Shown piece after piece: positions 1-13,100 of a stretch of 59,021 nt of DNA (positions within the stretch are counted from its first letter, which is position 1; each line of letters opens with the position of its first letter). Location of the stretch: contig WRGX01000219.1 in assembly GCA_009786975.1 (NCBI GenBank), positions 1-59,021 on the forward strand, read 5' to 3'. The position numbers and the translations under genes were made by a program. The DNA comes from Defluviitaleaceae bacterium. GTDB taxonomy: Bacteria > Bacillota > Clostridia > Lachnospirales > WQUN01. The notes under the pieces were generated by a model that was not told the DNA's origin, ran no database searches, and worked only from the letters and a program-made list of their open reading frames with translations.

Positions 1-214
1 CCAACTCTCTGCTTGCAGTGGGTTGGATGGTTTTGGAGTACATTGTAGAGAATTACAGTTTTCTGTTGTATGTGGGCGAGGTCTTGACGCTTACAATACG
101 GGCGGCAGTTTGACGGTTACAAAATTTGCATGAATCCCTGCGGATTAAATTTTGCAACTAAGCTCGTGCGGGTGGGCTTGACGCTTACACAGCGCGGGGG
201 GATTCCTAGCATAC

Positions 215-255
215 AAAAAACGCTCGGTGTAAAATTTAACCGAGCGTTTTTTTTT
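215..255. terminator. bidirectional intrinsic terminator after the surface-protein operon
   Basis: Stem AACGCTCGGT (219-228) pairs with ACCGAGCGTT (239-248). An A-run lies upstream and a T-run (247-255) downstream, so it reads as hairpin plus U-tract on both strands. Confidence 0.6.
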
Positions 256-261
256 GTACGT

Positions 262-336
262 TAAACTGCTTCCGGCTTCGAGGGAATGCGTCGCCGCTAA
301 CGTGCGCCCCCGGTGCCCAATGCGCGCTTGGCGCGC
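262..336 (-). repeat. R90 repeat copy, reverse orientation, overlapping the 3' end of CDS 297..1151
   Basis: CCGGCTTCGAG core at 272-282 and head palindrome GCGCGCTTGGCGCGC at 322-336. It aligns along its length with the array units at 37610-37875. Confidence 0.85.
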
Positions 337-1151
337 CGCAACACAACTGCCCATAAGACCGCAGAAGCCGCAAGAGAGGCGAACATCACCGCCATAATCC
401 ATGTTATTTCGGCTACGCCGGAAGGGACCACAGGCCCGAATATCGTAACCGTTTGAGTTAAAACTCCGACAGGCGCAATCGAATTAAAAGCAATGTCGCC
501 CATACTGCCGTGAAGATTGAAAATCGCTTCTCCCGATGCGGCATCGTCGCGAACTCGGAAGTGAACCGTTGCCAGTAATCCCTCGTATTCGCTGTTTGTA
601 AAATCCGGTCTGAAAATTCCCCCAACGGGTACCGGGTTCCATTCGCCCGGCGGAAACATATCGGAATACTCAACTGTTGCGGTGGGATTGCGTTGCTCAA
701 AACGGCTTGCGTCAAACTCCAGATGCAGGTCAAAGAAAGCAACGCCCGGATTGTCGATAATATGAATTTCAACGTCCACGTCCTGCCCCTGTCCCGGGTT
801 TGAGTTCGACACCCGGATTTCCATCTCTATTTCATTGATGCTCATGGGTACGACCATCGAGCCCGGCGCGTGATGCGGTGCCGTTTGAGGCAATATTACC
901 GGGTGTCCCGCCAAATACGCCCGCAACAGCTCGGCATCCTCACGGGTTAAGCGTCCGTCACCGTTTACATCCATTGCAACACGGTCAATGTCAACATCTT
1001 GACCGGCAAGGTATTGCTCAAGTCGGAAGACATCAGCCATTGCAAAAACCCTGCCTTCGCTTTCATAGCGTTGGGCAGAAATCGGCGTTGCGCCTGATAA
1101 TAAAACCAGTGCGGCAACAACAAAAATTGAAAATTTGCGTAATGATTTCAT
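297..1151 (-). CDS. membrane-anchored cohesin-like protein with signal peptide and one dockerin-type Ca-binding repeat
   Basis: SD AAGGAGG lies 10 nt upstream of ATG 1151; ATG 1157 is also possible. Signal peptide MKSLRKFSIFVVAALVLLSGATPISA. Dockerin-type loop and helix DVNGDGRLTREDAELLRAYLAG. The beta-rich segment IEMEIRVSN..VDVEIHIIDNPGVAFFDLHLEFD..LLATVHFRVRDDAASGEAIF resembles a cohesin. C-terminal TM ITWIMAVMFASLAASAVLWAVVL. It starts about 20 nt after the giant gene stop. Confidence 0.7.
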   Translation of the reverse strand: MKSLRKFSIFVVAALVLLSGATPISAQRYESEGRVFAMADVFRLEQYLAGQDVDIDRVAMDVNGDGRLTREDAELLRAYLAGHPVILPQTAPHHAPGSMVVPMSINEIEMEIRVSNSNPGQGQDVDVEIHIIDNPGVAFFDLHLEFDASRFEQRNPTATVEYSDMFPPGEWNPVPVGGIFRPDFTNSEYEGLLATVHFRVRDDAASGEAIFNLHGSMGDIAFNSIAPVGVLTQTVTIFGPVVPSGVAEITWIMAVMFASLAASAVLWAVVLRRAKRALGTGGAR

Positions 1152-1171
1152 ATACATAATTCCTCCTTCGG

Positions 1172-4100
1172 CTAGTTGGCGGCAGGGAAGCTGAGAATAA
1201 GCCGCGCGAGATACTGCCGCAACAGATTTAAGTCGTATTCGTCAACTATGCCTCTGCCGCTTACATCCGCATTAGCCCTAATAATGTCGACACTGCCCGG
1301 ATTAGCCAAATACAGTGCCAACAAGAATGCGTCGGCCATATCTACCACGCCGTCGCCGTTCACATCCCCTAAAAGTACACTAATGGAACGTGCAAGCACT
1401 GTTACATTGATGGACACCTCAAGCGGATGTGTCGCTGTGTTTATAATGCCCGACGGCAGGTCGAAAATACCGAGAACCGTGAAGTTCTGCTCTGCGGTAA
1501 TTGCAGGGTCGTAATTCGAAGCCGCCACGTTCCATGTTACGTAAACCATTCTGTAAGTGGAGTCTGCAAGGTTGAGCCTCACTTGCGCGGGCAAGCCGAG
1601 CCCCTCTGCTGTTGCCTCCGCTCCGTGGAGAACGTTTGACACGTTTGCGGGCGGTTCAATTCCCGTTAATTCAATACCCAAGTTAAGAGTTGTAATGCCC
1701 TCGCTTGCCATTGGTTCGCCTGCGTTGTGCGTCGCATTGGCGGCAGACCGTGACCATACAAAATGTTGCGTACCCGGGTCACGACCGTCAAAGAATAATC
1801 CGGCTTGCCAGCCCGTTGTCGGGGCAACCGTACCGCTTGTGCTGATGGCGTACTCGATGGTTTGACCTGTATTGCTCGCAAGTTCTGCCGGGTATACAGT
1901 GATTGTGTTGTGGGTTACATTCGCCTCCGTCGCCGGGACTGCGATTGCCGAACCGGGCAGTAGGGCATGAACGCCACAATCACAATTGGGGTATTCGGTA
2001 CATTCGTTGCCGCATGTTGCACAACAAACGTCGTTATCGCCGCATTCCACACAGGGCCCGACGGCGGTTACGATAACGGCAGCTTCGCCGAAGACATCTG
2101 TTCCGGTGGCCGTTGCCCTTACAGTGATGGAAGTATCTTCCGGAACGCTTGCGTCCACGGTGAGCAATCCCGTATTGCTGATGCTTGCGCCGTCAACCGT
2201 CGGATATATGCTCCATTCCACGGCTTGAGATGCGCCTGTCGGACCGACAACTGCGCCGAACTGCAATGTTGCGCCTCGTTCCACAGTTGTTGCATCGTCT
2301 GCCGCGGTTACCGTTACGGTTTCGGGGGGTGTATCACCTTCGTTTTCACCGGTTATCATGATGTTATTAATCGAAGTGTTACCGTTTAACCTTCTGTCGA
2401 TAGTCAAGTCGCGGGCATATACTCGCAAGTAAACAACGGGTTGGTCGTTTACGGCGGCGGGAAGCAAGAAGTCTGTGAAGGAATGTGACGCCGGGTTTTC
2501 ATAATCCGTAATGTTTCCGTTTCCGCCTCTGAAGATGCTCCGTTCGCTGCCGGTAATGTGCATCCACTCGCCGTCCGAACCGATTCTGTATGCCAGTGCG
2601 AATGCATCCGGTCCTGAACTGGTGGAGCGTTGTTGCGCAGAGAAGCGGATGTTATTAAAGCCTTCGGTTGAGAATCTAACTTGCCACGCGCTTGCCGTTT
2701 CGATTGTCACTCCCGAGTCAAGCGACCCCGTACCGACCCCGCGCCATCCGCGACCGCCTACGTTATCGGCTATCCCGGCAGCATCGAGATTGGGGAAGTC
2801 TTCCCGCCCGTCTACGTCGACGAGTTGTGGGTGTACTAAATTTTCTTGGTTGCGGAAGTTAAACGGCGTATTCTCTCCTCGAATTTCTACCGGTGCATTG
2901 TTGCTGAATGCCTGCAAGCTGGAGACAGATTGGAACAATCCGCCTGTCGCATCCACATGCATGAAGCGCAGACTTTGCGTGTGCACAGTCGTTGCAATTT
3001 CCGCCAGCACCACATCACTACGCTGTACGGCGGGCGTTACGGTAACGGTTTCGGTACCAAAGACGTCCGTTCCGTATGCCGTTGCCACAACCGTAATGGG
3101 GGTACCTTCCGGAACGCTTGCGTCCACGGCGAGTAATCCCGCATCGCCGATGCTCGCGCCGTCAACCGGCGGATTAATACTCCATCCCACGGCTTGAGAT
3201 GCGCCGCGCGGGCCGACAACTGCGCTGAATTGCAGTGTCGCTCCCTGCACCACGGTTTCTGCACCGCCTGCCGCTGTTACCGTTACTGCCGTCGGGGTTA
3301 CATCTGCCGGCCACGCGCCGTCGCCGCTGTAGCGCGGGAAGGTTACATCCCAATTTCCTAATGGGTATGAGTCTAAGGGGCGGGTACCTTCGAAGTCCGC
3401 GGCATTGTTTTGTGTGTTTTGGAAATTAATTCTCCTCGGTGCTTCCGAGCGCGATACTCGCGTCGGCGCGCCAAAGTAATTGTCAAGCCTGTCGGCGGCT
3501 GCGTTTCGTCCGCCCACCAAGTCGATAACTCTGTTGTCGCCGGCCGCATTTGCCGGGGGCAGTGCGGCATGGTCGCTTACAAGCGCGACGGCGAAAGAGC
3601 GATTGTCAAACACTTGGTCCCAAGCGAAGTCATATGCCTCTATTTGGCGGCGGGCGGTCGCCGCACCTGTCCATACGCCTTGCGAACTGACAATCAGCAA
3701 CGAATGCATCGGCTGAATCGTCCGCAGTTCCGTCGGCAGTTCGCTTAGCGGAAGCACGTTCCAAGGAACAGGCGTTGCGGCGGCGATTCCTGCGGAATTT
3801 TGAACCTGCAATGAGAAATTACCGAGATAAACCGATTCGTCGGAAAGATTGTAAAGCTCAATAAAGCTGTGCGATAGCGCGTTCGAGTCTACAGATCCGC
3901 CTGCATGAATTTGGTGGATGATTACGTCGGGGTGGTCAAGGTGTGGGGTGTATGCACTTGTGAGGTTTACGTCAACCCTGAAAGATTCCGACACGCCTTG
4001 GCGGGTTACTTCAACATAGAAGTGTCCGATAACAGGCTCCACGTCCGTTGTCGGGCGGGTGCCTGTGACGGTAACGGTTGGGTTTGCGCCTTGCGAAACC

Positions 4101-7100
4101 GAGATGCTGACGAAGCTCTGCATGGCGGCGGGGATGGTGTAGTTCGCAGAAATGTCCCCGGTTGCCCCGCCGATTACGTTTACAACCTGCCCTGTGCCGG
4201 CATTCGCGTCGGTAAGCGAAACGCTTGCGGGGTTAAATTCAACGGTCGGATACCATGTTGTCGTGAGGTTTACATCCACTCTGAAAGATTCCGTCGTGTC
4301 TTGACGAGTTACATATACATAGAAGTAACCCACGACCGACGGCACATTCGTGCTCGGTCGAGTGGCTGTGACCGTTACGGAGGGCGTTGTTGCTGTCCAG
4401 TCCATTTCGACGTAATTAAGAAGCGCAGCGGGGATGGTGTAGCTTACGTCGATATTACCGGTTGCCGCGCCTGTCATATCTACGGTCGCAGTAAGATTTT
4501 GGTCGTTAACTTCGACATATTCCGGGGAGAAGTCAAGAATATCTGCCCATGTGCTGGTTAGGTTAACCTCTACCGGAAGATTTGCCGTCACACCATTACG
4601 GGTCACGGCTATATCGAAGTTGCCCGATATATTTCTGCCTTGTACCGTCGGGCGGATGCCGCTGATGGTTACGGTCGGTGTGCCCGCTGTCCATGTTACG
4701 GTAACGTAATTTTGCAATGCGTCGGGCAACGTGTAGCTTACTGCAATGTTGCCGGAGGCAGTACCCGTAACGGCGACGGCTTGCGAAAGGTTTCCATTGC
4801 TGATTACGGCGGATGACGGGTCAAGCCCAATGGTTACGTCATCCCAGTGTGCCAAAACGGTTACGTCACCGGCGGGCATCTCGAATGTTGTGATTGCGTT
4901 ATTTATTTGCGCAATTGTTACGCCGCCGATAACCACTGCCCAATGGCTGAATTCATAACCCGGTTGCGTGCCGGCGTTAATTGCAACGGTTTGCCCTGCG
5001 GGGAAGCTGCCCGCACCGGAAAGTGCGGCTGAAACGCCGCGGGCTCCGTTTACGGTTACAGTGAAGGTTTCAGCCGGATCCGAAGCTCTAAACGGACCTT
5101 CGATGTGACCGTCGGGAATTGATGCGCCGTATGAAATAAATGTAACGCCGGGTATGCTTCGGTCGTGTGATACTTGGCCGTTTCCGGTGTTTTGGTTCTG
5201 TGAGACCTGCCAGCCCCAGTCACTACTGAATGCGTTGGCTACAACATTGACGGTGGGAGCGGCAGTGACGGAAACGTGTATTACCCTACCTGCGCCGTGC
5301 GCACGGCCGTCGCCTGTATGGTCACGCGACTCGCCATTGCCGACTCTTAGAGTGAAATTTTGAGCCGCCGTAACATTGCGAGAAATCAACATGCGAGTTG
5401 CGTCGTCAGGTCTCATAACGGGAGCAGTTTCATCAATTCGATAGCTTTCAGTGCCGCCTCCGGTAAAATGCCCGTCAAACCACGTTCCGCGGACATACAC
5501 AGGGTCATTCACTATCGCTCTAAATTCCATTGGAAGGCTGGGAACGCCCACCACAAGTTCCTCCCGCCAAGTAGCAGTAAGGGTAACATTACCTGCGGGC
5601 ATGGTGAAGTACGTGATTGCGGCGTCGGAGTTTGCAAGGGTTACGGGAGTGCCTGATACAGTCCAGCCGTCAAAGAAATAATCATCGCCACGATTACCCG
5701 CAAACACCACCACACGGTCGCCCACATTGTGGATTCCCGCGCCGGATTCTGCGCCGCCGTGACCTTCGTTTATGGTCACTGTGTAACGCTGTGTCCAGTT
5801 GGCTTGAAGCACTACATCGCCTTCGGGCATTGTAAAGGTTGTTTGAACCGCGCTTGGGTCGGCGAGAGTTGCATTGCCGCTTGTCACGGTCCAGCCTGCG
5901 AAGGTATATTGGCCAAATGCGCCGGCGTTAATTGTTACGGTGTAGCCCGCGTTCGTTCTGTTTGGGGGCGCGCCGGGGCGGTTGGAGCTTGCGGTTCCGG
6001 GGTGACCTCCGTTTACTGTAATGTTGAATGCGGGCAAGTCTGCAAACACCGCCGTTAAAATTACAGCGTGATTTGGCTTTGTAAATGAAGCTACGGGGCT
6101 GTAAGGGTCAAGGTCGGCAAGCGGTCCGCCCTCGGTTACTTCCCAGTGGCTGAAATTTTGGTACCATCGCGGCGCAGTTCCTGCATTTATATGAACGGTT
6201 GCGCCTGTTGCAAATGTTCCGCTGCCGGAGGAACCCGCGCCCTCGCTTATAACCGTGACTATATCTGCGGGGTCGTTTACCGTTACGGGAATCGTTCCCC
6301 TTACGGTGCCGCTGGGTTCGTGCCAAGTCCAGCCGGTGGGCAAATGCTCGCTCCAGTCGATATTACCTGCGTCATGGGGCGTGAACACAGCTTCAAAAGG
6401 TTGGTTCGCACCGATTCCCGGGAGTTGCGCACCATCTAACCACGACCAAGTTCCTTCGGGCGAACCACCGGAAATTGCAGAGGCAGACAGTGGCTCACCA
6501 TGCCAAATTGCAGACGCTGTCGGAATGCCGATATCGCCTTCGCCCGCCAGTACCACAATTTGTACAATGTTTGTTGTGGAATAAAACATGGCTGTTTGGT
6601 CGGGTACAAATCGGATGCTGCGAGTTTGCAGACCAACACTGCCCACTTCTTGGTTGGGATTTACCCAAACAATGTAACCCGGTGTGGTTCCCGTGTTGCG
6701 CTGTATTCTTTCGGGACGGTCGGGGTCCATTATCGGGGTAGCGACTTCATGAAGCCTGTCACCGAAAAACGCAGAAAACTGTACAGGCCAATCAACATCG
6801 GGCTGTTCGCGTTGGCCTTCAATCCAAATTGCCGTAACGGTTACAGGGGCGTTGGGCATTGTAAAAGTAGTGACCGGATTGAAGCGGTCGGCAAGAGCGT
6901 CGGGGGATATGCCGGTAACATCCCATCTGTCGAAAACATAATTTTCACGCACGCCTGCGTTAATTGCCACGCTCAAGCCTTCCGGGAAGCGACCTTCCCC
7001 TGCCAGTTCAGGAGTCGTGGCAAACGAATCGATAACGGTTAAGTCAAACCTTTCAAGCGGCGGTTCCCAAGGGATGTGTCCGGGGGCGGGCGGAAAGAGG

Positions 7101-10100
7101 AACTCAGAGCCATCCGGCGTTGTAGCGGGGTTGCCGTATGAAATATACACTTGGTTTGAGGGTGGATTTTGCGAGAACACGGCATGGGGGTTAGTTGAAG
7201 TAAAGTTGCCGAATTGGTCAACGCTGAACTGCATTGCTCTGTCGTTGTCCGCCATATGACCGTGATGTCCGGTTTTTGCAATAAGGGTTAAATTTGCGCC
7301 CGGGTAATTGACCGGAATGTTCATAACCGTGCGTTCAGCCGCCGGGGTACCGTTGACACCCCACGGACCCGCCGCACCCGAAGCCGCAACATGACCTGCA
7401 ACAATTGCACCCTCGGCGTGGTTGGTTATGACAGTGTCGTTGCGAATGCCTGTTATATGGATAGGCCAATTCACGTTTGCCGCAGGGATTTCCCGCCAGT
7501 TTGCGTTAAAGCTCACATCACGCGCAGGCATGATAAAGTAGGTTATTGCTGCGTTTCGGTCGGCAAGCAGGAAAACATCCGAGCCGCTCCAGCCGTCGAA
7601 GAACCAACCACCGGCGCGCGTTCCGGCAAAGACAGTCACTCGCTCGCCTATTTCATAGGTTCCCGCGCCTGAAAGGGCGCCGGCAAAGCTGTTGTTAACC
7701 GTTACGTTATAAAATGCGTCCCAGCCGGCCAGAAGCACAACACTCGTCGCCGGGTCGGGCATGATGAAATAGGTTTCGGGGGAGGTTGGGTCGGCAATTA
7801 CAATGTCATCGCCGCCTTCCAAGACGGTCCATTCTCTAAAGTCGTAGCCGAAGTGATACCCGGCACTGATTAGTATGGTGTCGCCCGGGTTTGCACCGTA
7901 TGCCGGATACGCGCCCGCGCCGTATGGTGCAGTGCTGATTACGAGGGTGGTGCCGTCGCCGCCGCCTTGAATGCTCCATGCGCCGTCGCCGCTGTAGCGG
8001 GGTCGGAGTGCGGAAAGTTCTGCGTTGGTTATGCCGTTGGCGTGTGCGGCGACTTCCGGCCTTCTGTTTGCGTAACCTGTGGGATACCTAAAATCAACTT
8101 GCATGAAGTCGCTATAGTTACACCGGGTGTTTCGGAAATTTACGCGCCGCGCCGCGCCTTGTCTCCAGCTACGCAATGCCGGTCCTTCACCCAAGAAATT
8201 GAGTACGGCGGGCAGGTCGCTGTTGTCGTTGATTGCGGTAACCAAATCAAAAATAAGCGACCATTCATCCCTTGCGACTATGGGCGAAAGCGGCATTGTG
8301 CCTTCAACAAGCGCGACGGTTAACGCACGGTTGCTGAACCGCAAATTCCATTCCATGTCCCACTCGCCGTGCGGAATGACATAACGAGGCACGGGACGCG
8401 CGCCGGTTCCGTCGTTGTACCAATCTGTGCTTACTATAAGGAAGGAACTGCCCGGGCGCATACCCTCCGGCGATATTATCGGGTTGCTGAGGGGAAGCAC
8501 ATGCCATATGTCCTCGCCATGGTCACGACAGGGTCTTTGCATTTGCAATGACAAACCTTCCAATGAAATAACGGAAGACGTCGGGTTATGCAATTCGATG
8601 AAACCGTGAGACAGGGTATTGTCCCCCGGAGGGCCTTGCCCGTGTACTTGATTTATCAAAATGGAAGACGGGCGAAGCTCTTGCTCCACAAAGTTTGCCG
8701 TCACCGTTACCGGATTGCCGGGCAAGGGAGTGGGCATTACAAAAAATGCGTCTGTGAGGCTTGTAGGATTAATGATAGTAATATTGGGGGTGATTGTAGT
8801 CCATTCTTCGAAAGTATGACCAAAAGGCGCGGTACCCGGCTCAAGAGCTACAATTTGGCCGGCGGCCGCAGGATTGTGGAAAGCGCGATAGCCGTCGCCG
8901 CCGTTTAATATAACGACGCTTTGTGTGGGACCGACAGGAACAGGCCACACGCCGTCGTGGGAAGAGCGGGGGCGGAACAGTTCGATTTCTGCCATGTTTA
9001 AATCAGCAAATCTTACGGCATCAAAATCCAAGTAATTGTTTCGGGTGTTTGCCACGGTGTGTGGAATGGCGTTGCCGAGTTCGTCAAATTCCCACACACG
9101 CCGTGACGCTTCTTGACGAGAAATCCTGCTTGCAGGGGAGGGCCCCCAAACATTGTGTACAACGTCCCTTGGTGCGGGCGAGTTTACCACCCCCACCAAG
9201 TCGTCGATTCTGACCTGTTCGTCGGGGGTTATTATTCGCGACAAGGGAACAGGGCCGCCGCCTGCGGGGTTTTCCACAAGCGCGACGGTAAAGTTTCGGT
9301 TGCTGAACTCAACACCGGGCCACACCATGTCATAGTCTTCAATGATTAACCTTGGGACATGGCTGCCGCCGCCCGTGTTGCTCCATGCTCCGCTTACTAT
9401 AAGGAAGGAAGTGTTTGCAGGTATTATTGTGCCGACGGGGAATTCTAGGTATTCCCAATCGGTAGGTACTGTGTTGTTTGCTACGTTGTCACCGATATTT
9501 TGAATTTGCAGGGTTCGATTGGAAAGGTTTGCATCTCCCGGGCCGGGATTATACAGCTCGATAAAACCGTGAGAAACGGCGTTGTTGCCCTCGGGGCCTT
9601 GACCGTATACTTGGTGGATTATCGCAGTGGGTTCGTTTTCGTTAAAGTGAGCGGTGACGGTTACTTCGGTGGCGGCGGGGATTATACGGATTGTGTCGAA
9701 CGGGATTTGTTGCCCGGGGATGAAGGATGCGGTGTAGTCTGTGATGTTTTGCCCGTCGGGGCCGATGCTTCCGCCTACATAGATGCGTGCGCCTGCGCCC
9801 GATACCGTGAAGTGGGAGAAACGTTGGCCGGGTTGTGCGTTTGCGGTAACCGGGATTGGCATGTTGCGCACGTACCTCGCGCTGAAATCGCCTATTGCAA
9901 AGCCGGGGAAGCCGGCTACTGTTCTGTTGTATGACGAAAGGTTGCCCCATTCAAAAAGGTCTGCGCGTACATTTGCACCTGCGACGTTGAGCCAGCCAAT
10001 GTCTCCTGCCAAATTCTCTTCGGGGGAGCCGCCTTCAATGCGCCAGTTTACGCGGACGTATTGGCCTGCTGTACCAACGCTCAGGCCTTGGTTTTCGCGT

Positions 10101-13100
10101 CCCCATGAGCCTATGGCTCGTTGGGCGGGGCGGGGATTGTTGCCCGGTGCCATTGAGAAATACGCGCGCATATGCTCGATGGAGTTGTGGATGCCCGAAG
10201 CGTCACCCGGACCTGCCGTGCCTGCCCTGTGAATCAAGACATCTTGTTGGCCTCTTAGCATACTCATGGGTGGGGGGTTGCTTCCGCCGCCTAAATCCGC
10301 ACTGCCTCCTGCGGGTGCGCGGAGTGTATGCGGTTGCCAGCGGCTTCCGGAGGTGCCTTCCCACTGGGCGGCCCTGGTCGCGCGATCTGCCTCCGTAAAC
10401 GGATACGGGTTGTTGCTGGCCCACGGAACCATAAACGGGTTGCCTTCCGTTAAGCCCCAACGTTGGCGGTCTCTTCCGACGGTACTCAGGCGGGTGTCGA
10501 CCTGTTCCGAAATGATGCGCTCTACACGCGCGGGGTGGAATGCCGTGCCTGTGTAGGTTGAATAGCGGGCGGCAAAGGATTCGCGGAAATACGGGTTTTG
10601 CAAAAGCACACGGAAAATTCTGGCGGAAGCCTCCGGCCTTCTCCATGTGGAATTATCTCTCATAATGTCAAAGGGCAAGCCGCCCGGCAAGGGTTCGCCG
10701 CGGCAATCGTTTGCGGGGCGCGAGTCGTCCGGGGTCGCGTTGCCGCAATTGGCACAGCCTTCCGGGCAATACGGGCTGGTCATTGCGGTAAAATAATTCA
10801 GCATATTGTTCGCGCCGTGGAAAATGGCATTGTCAAAATCTTGCGCTATAAAACGCCATCTGCCGTCCGCGCCATACATGCCGGGGATGACAACCGGGTC
10901 GCCGAAAATATCTTCACCGGTAATGGGGTCGGAACCCAAATTGCGTGATGTCCGCCACATTTCGGCGTTGTTATTCAGCCAGTCCCAGTTTTCCAAATGG
11001 TAGTAGACGATAAACCAGTCGATGAAGTTATCCATGCACAGTACCGTGTCCAGGTAATCAAACCATTCGCGGGACAGATGGTCTTGACCTGCCCAGCCGT
11101 CGGGAACAGGTTCGCCCGCTTGCGGATGGTTGGGCGGGAAATATGCCGGCACTCGCCTTGCGTATCCGCTCCAGCCGCCTTCGTAGGCATCGTTCGGTGT
11201 GCCCAGGGCGGTTCTTCTTGTGCCGGTGGTCGCGTCAATTTCACGGCCTGCTATTCCGCCTGTATCGGATGGAGGGTAAATGATAAATCGGTTGGCAATT
11301 ATGTCCATCCACTCGTCTTGCGCAAGATGAACATTGTTGCGGGGAACGCCGTACATTTCGCCGATAAAGTGGGGATGCCTGTGTACGGACATATTGTACA
11401 TGCCCCAAAACTCGCCGTTTACGAAAACCGCGCTGTAGGTGGCATGTTGAATCATGGGGCGCAGGGGATGCGCAAGCCACATGGAAAGCGGGTCGCGCAG
11501 GTTTGTGCCTTCAATATCGGCTGTGCGGAGGTTAATGTGCCTGAAATTGGTGACAAGCTCGTTGGCGGCATAGAAATGCCGACGCGTGCCGGGGACTAAA
11601 TCGTAAGCTCCGGTTACGTCGCCGTCGCCTTGGTTGAAATTTATTCGAATGGAGCGAATCGGGAAGAAGCGCGACCAGTTGCCGAAAACCCACGTGCGAC
11701 CGCGCTGGTTAACAATCTCCCTGCCGCTTTCGTCATACACTTCAATGTTTGCAACTGCGCGGGGGCCGAGGTTTTGATAGCCCATATCGATGGCAACACC
11801 GTCGGGACGCCTGCGAACAGAGCCGAGGCCGAAATAGCCGCCGTCTTCCATGCCCGGCACAGGGTTGCCGAGGAAGTCTAAACCGTCCCAAAGACCGGCT
11901 TGAATTTGCGCAGGCCAGTCGTAGGGATAGAATCCTGCGCCTTCAATCGGCCAGTTTGTTGTTCTGCCTGCGGGCCAAAAAACGGGTCTGGTGAAGCCGG
12001 CGGGAAGGGGTCTTGCAGGTTGTGCGGCAACGCCGAGATGCGGCCCGATTGCGGGAGCGGCATAACCCGGAGGCGCACCGCGTGAAACCCAGTCGGAAAA
12101 GGGTTCCGGCGCGCCGGGTACTACCGCACCGCCGGGGCTTGCAGGAGGCGGACCGGAGCGTCTGCGCAATTGTCTGTCCCAGTTGCGCATCATTCCCGTA
12201 ATCGGGTGCGCGAATTCTTCGGGCTGAACAACAATGGAAATAATCCGCGTGTCGTCCCAGCCCAAGCCGCCGCCGCGGTTTACAATGAAGGTTTGGGTTG
12301 ATGCAGGCCCGGCAATGCCGTTTCTGTCAAAGCCTGCGGCACGGATTGCTATGCCGTTGTAAATCAGGTTCGGCACGAAATAGCCGCCGCCTGCGGCAGG
12401 GGGAGCAGGGTTTGAAATGGTGAAATTGGCATTGTTGGGAAAAGCGCGGAAGCGGCTGAGTACAGGGGAAACATACCCGCTGTCCTCAATGGTTCCGGAA
12501 GCCCAGCCAACATTCCAAAAGCCCGGGTTTCCGCGACCAATGCCGTGAACCGACATCGGGCTGTTTGCGTGGGTTGGCACAACGTAGTTAATCATCATGG
12601 TTTCGCCAGCCGGAAGCACGAAAGAGCAACCGCAGGTTGCCGCAATGTGCGGATAGCCCGGCAGTGCTAAAAAGTTTGTGGGCAAATTTCGGTTGACGGG
12701 GTCACAGTTGGGATAAACGCCGCACACAACGGGATAGCTTCCGTCGAAGGTGATGCGGACATTTGCGCCGTAACCGTGGATGCTTAGGGGGAACGCAGAT
12801 GTATGTACGCCCCCGCGTGCAGAAAAGGTTGGTGCGCGTTGCGGTTCCCCTATGAAAAAGGGTGTGATTTCGGGCGGCAAGAACAAGCCGTCTTCATCAC
12901 CGACCGCATAGTCGGATTGAAAGAACCGGGGTGTTTCATTAACTGCCCGTGTATAGACTACCTCATCAAAGCCGTTACTCAATTCGACCGGTTCGTCGGC
13001 AAAAACCGGCAGTGGTGCAAAGGATGCGAAGGAAGCGAAGGAAGAAAACACCATCAAAAATGCTGTTAACCACGCCAACATACGTTTTGCTCGTTTTTTC

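Noticed and set aside
145-402. An 85-aa minus-strand ORF at the left edge
   Set aside because: It overlaps the R90 copy, the terminator and the 3' end of the cohesin-like gene in another frame. It has no SD and no motifs.
4141-4175. A possible extra R90 core (AAATGTCCCCGGTTGCCCC) inside the giant gene
   Set aside because: The match is only about 14 nt. It encodes the GATGDIS motif of the triplicated module, which its sister modules conserve at the protein level. It is most likely chance similarity.
1176-12582. Dozens of 60-230-aa ORFs on the plus strand, and alternative minus-strand frames, inside the giant gene (for example 2511..3197, 3905..4561, 10997..11599)
   Set aside because: They are shadow ORFs, typical of a GC-rich long CDS. 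The 3,976-aa frame carries all recognisable domains and a signal peptide.
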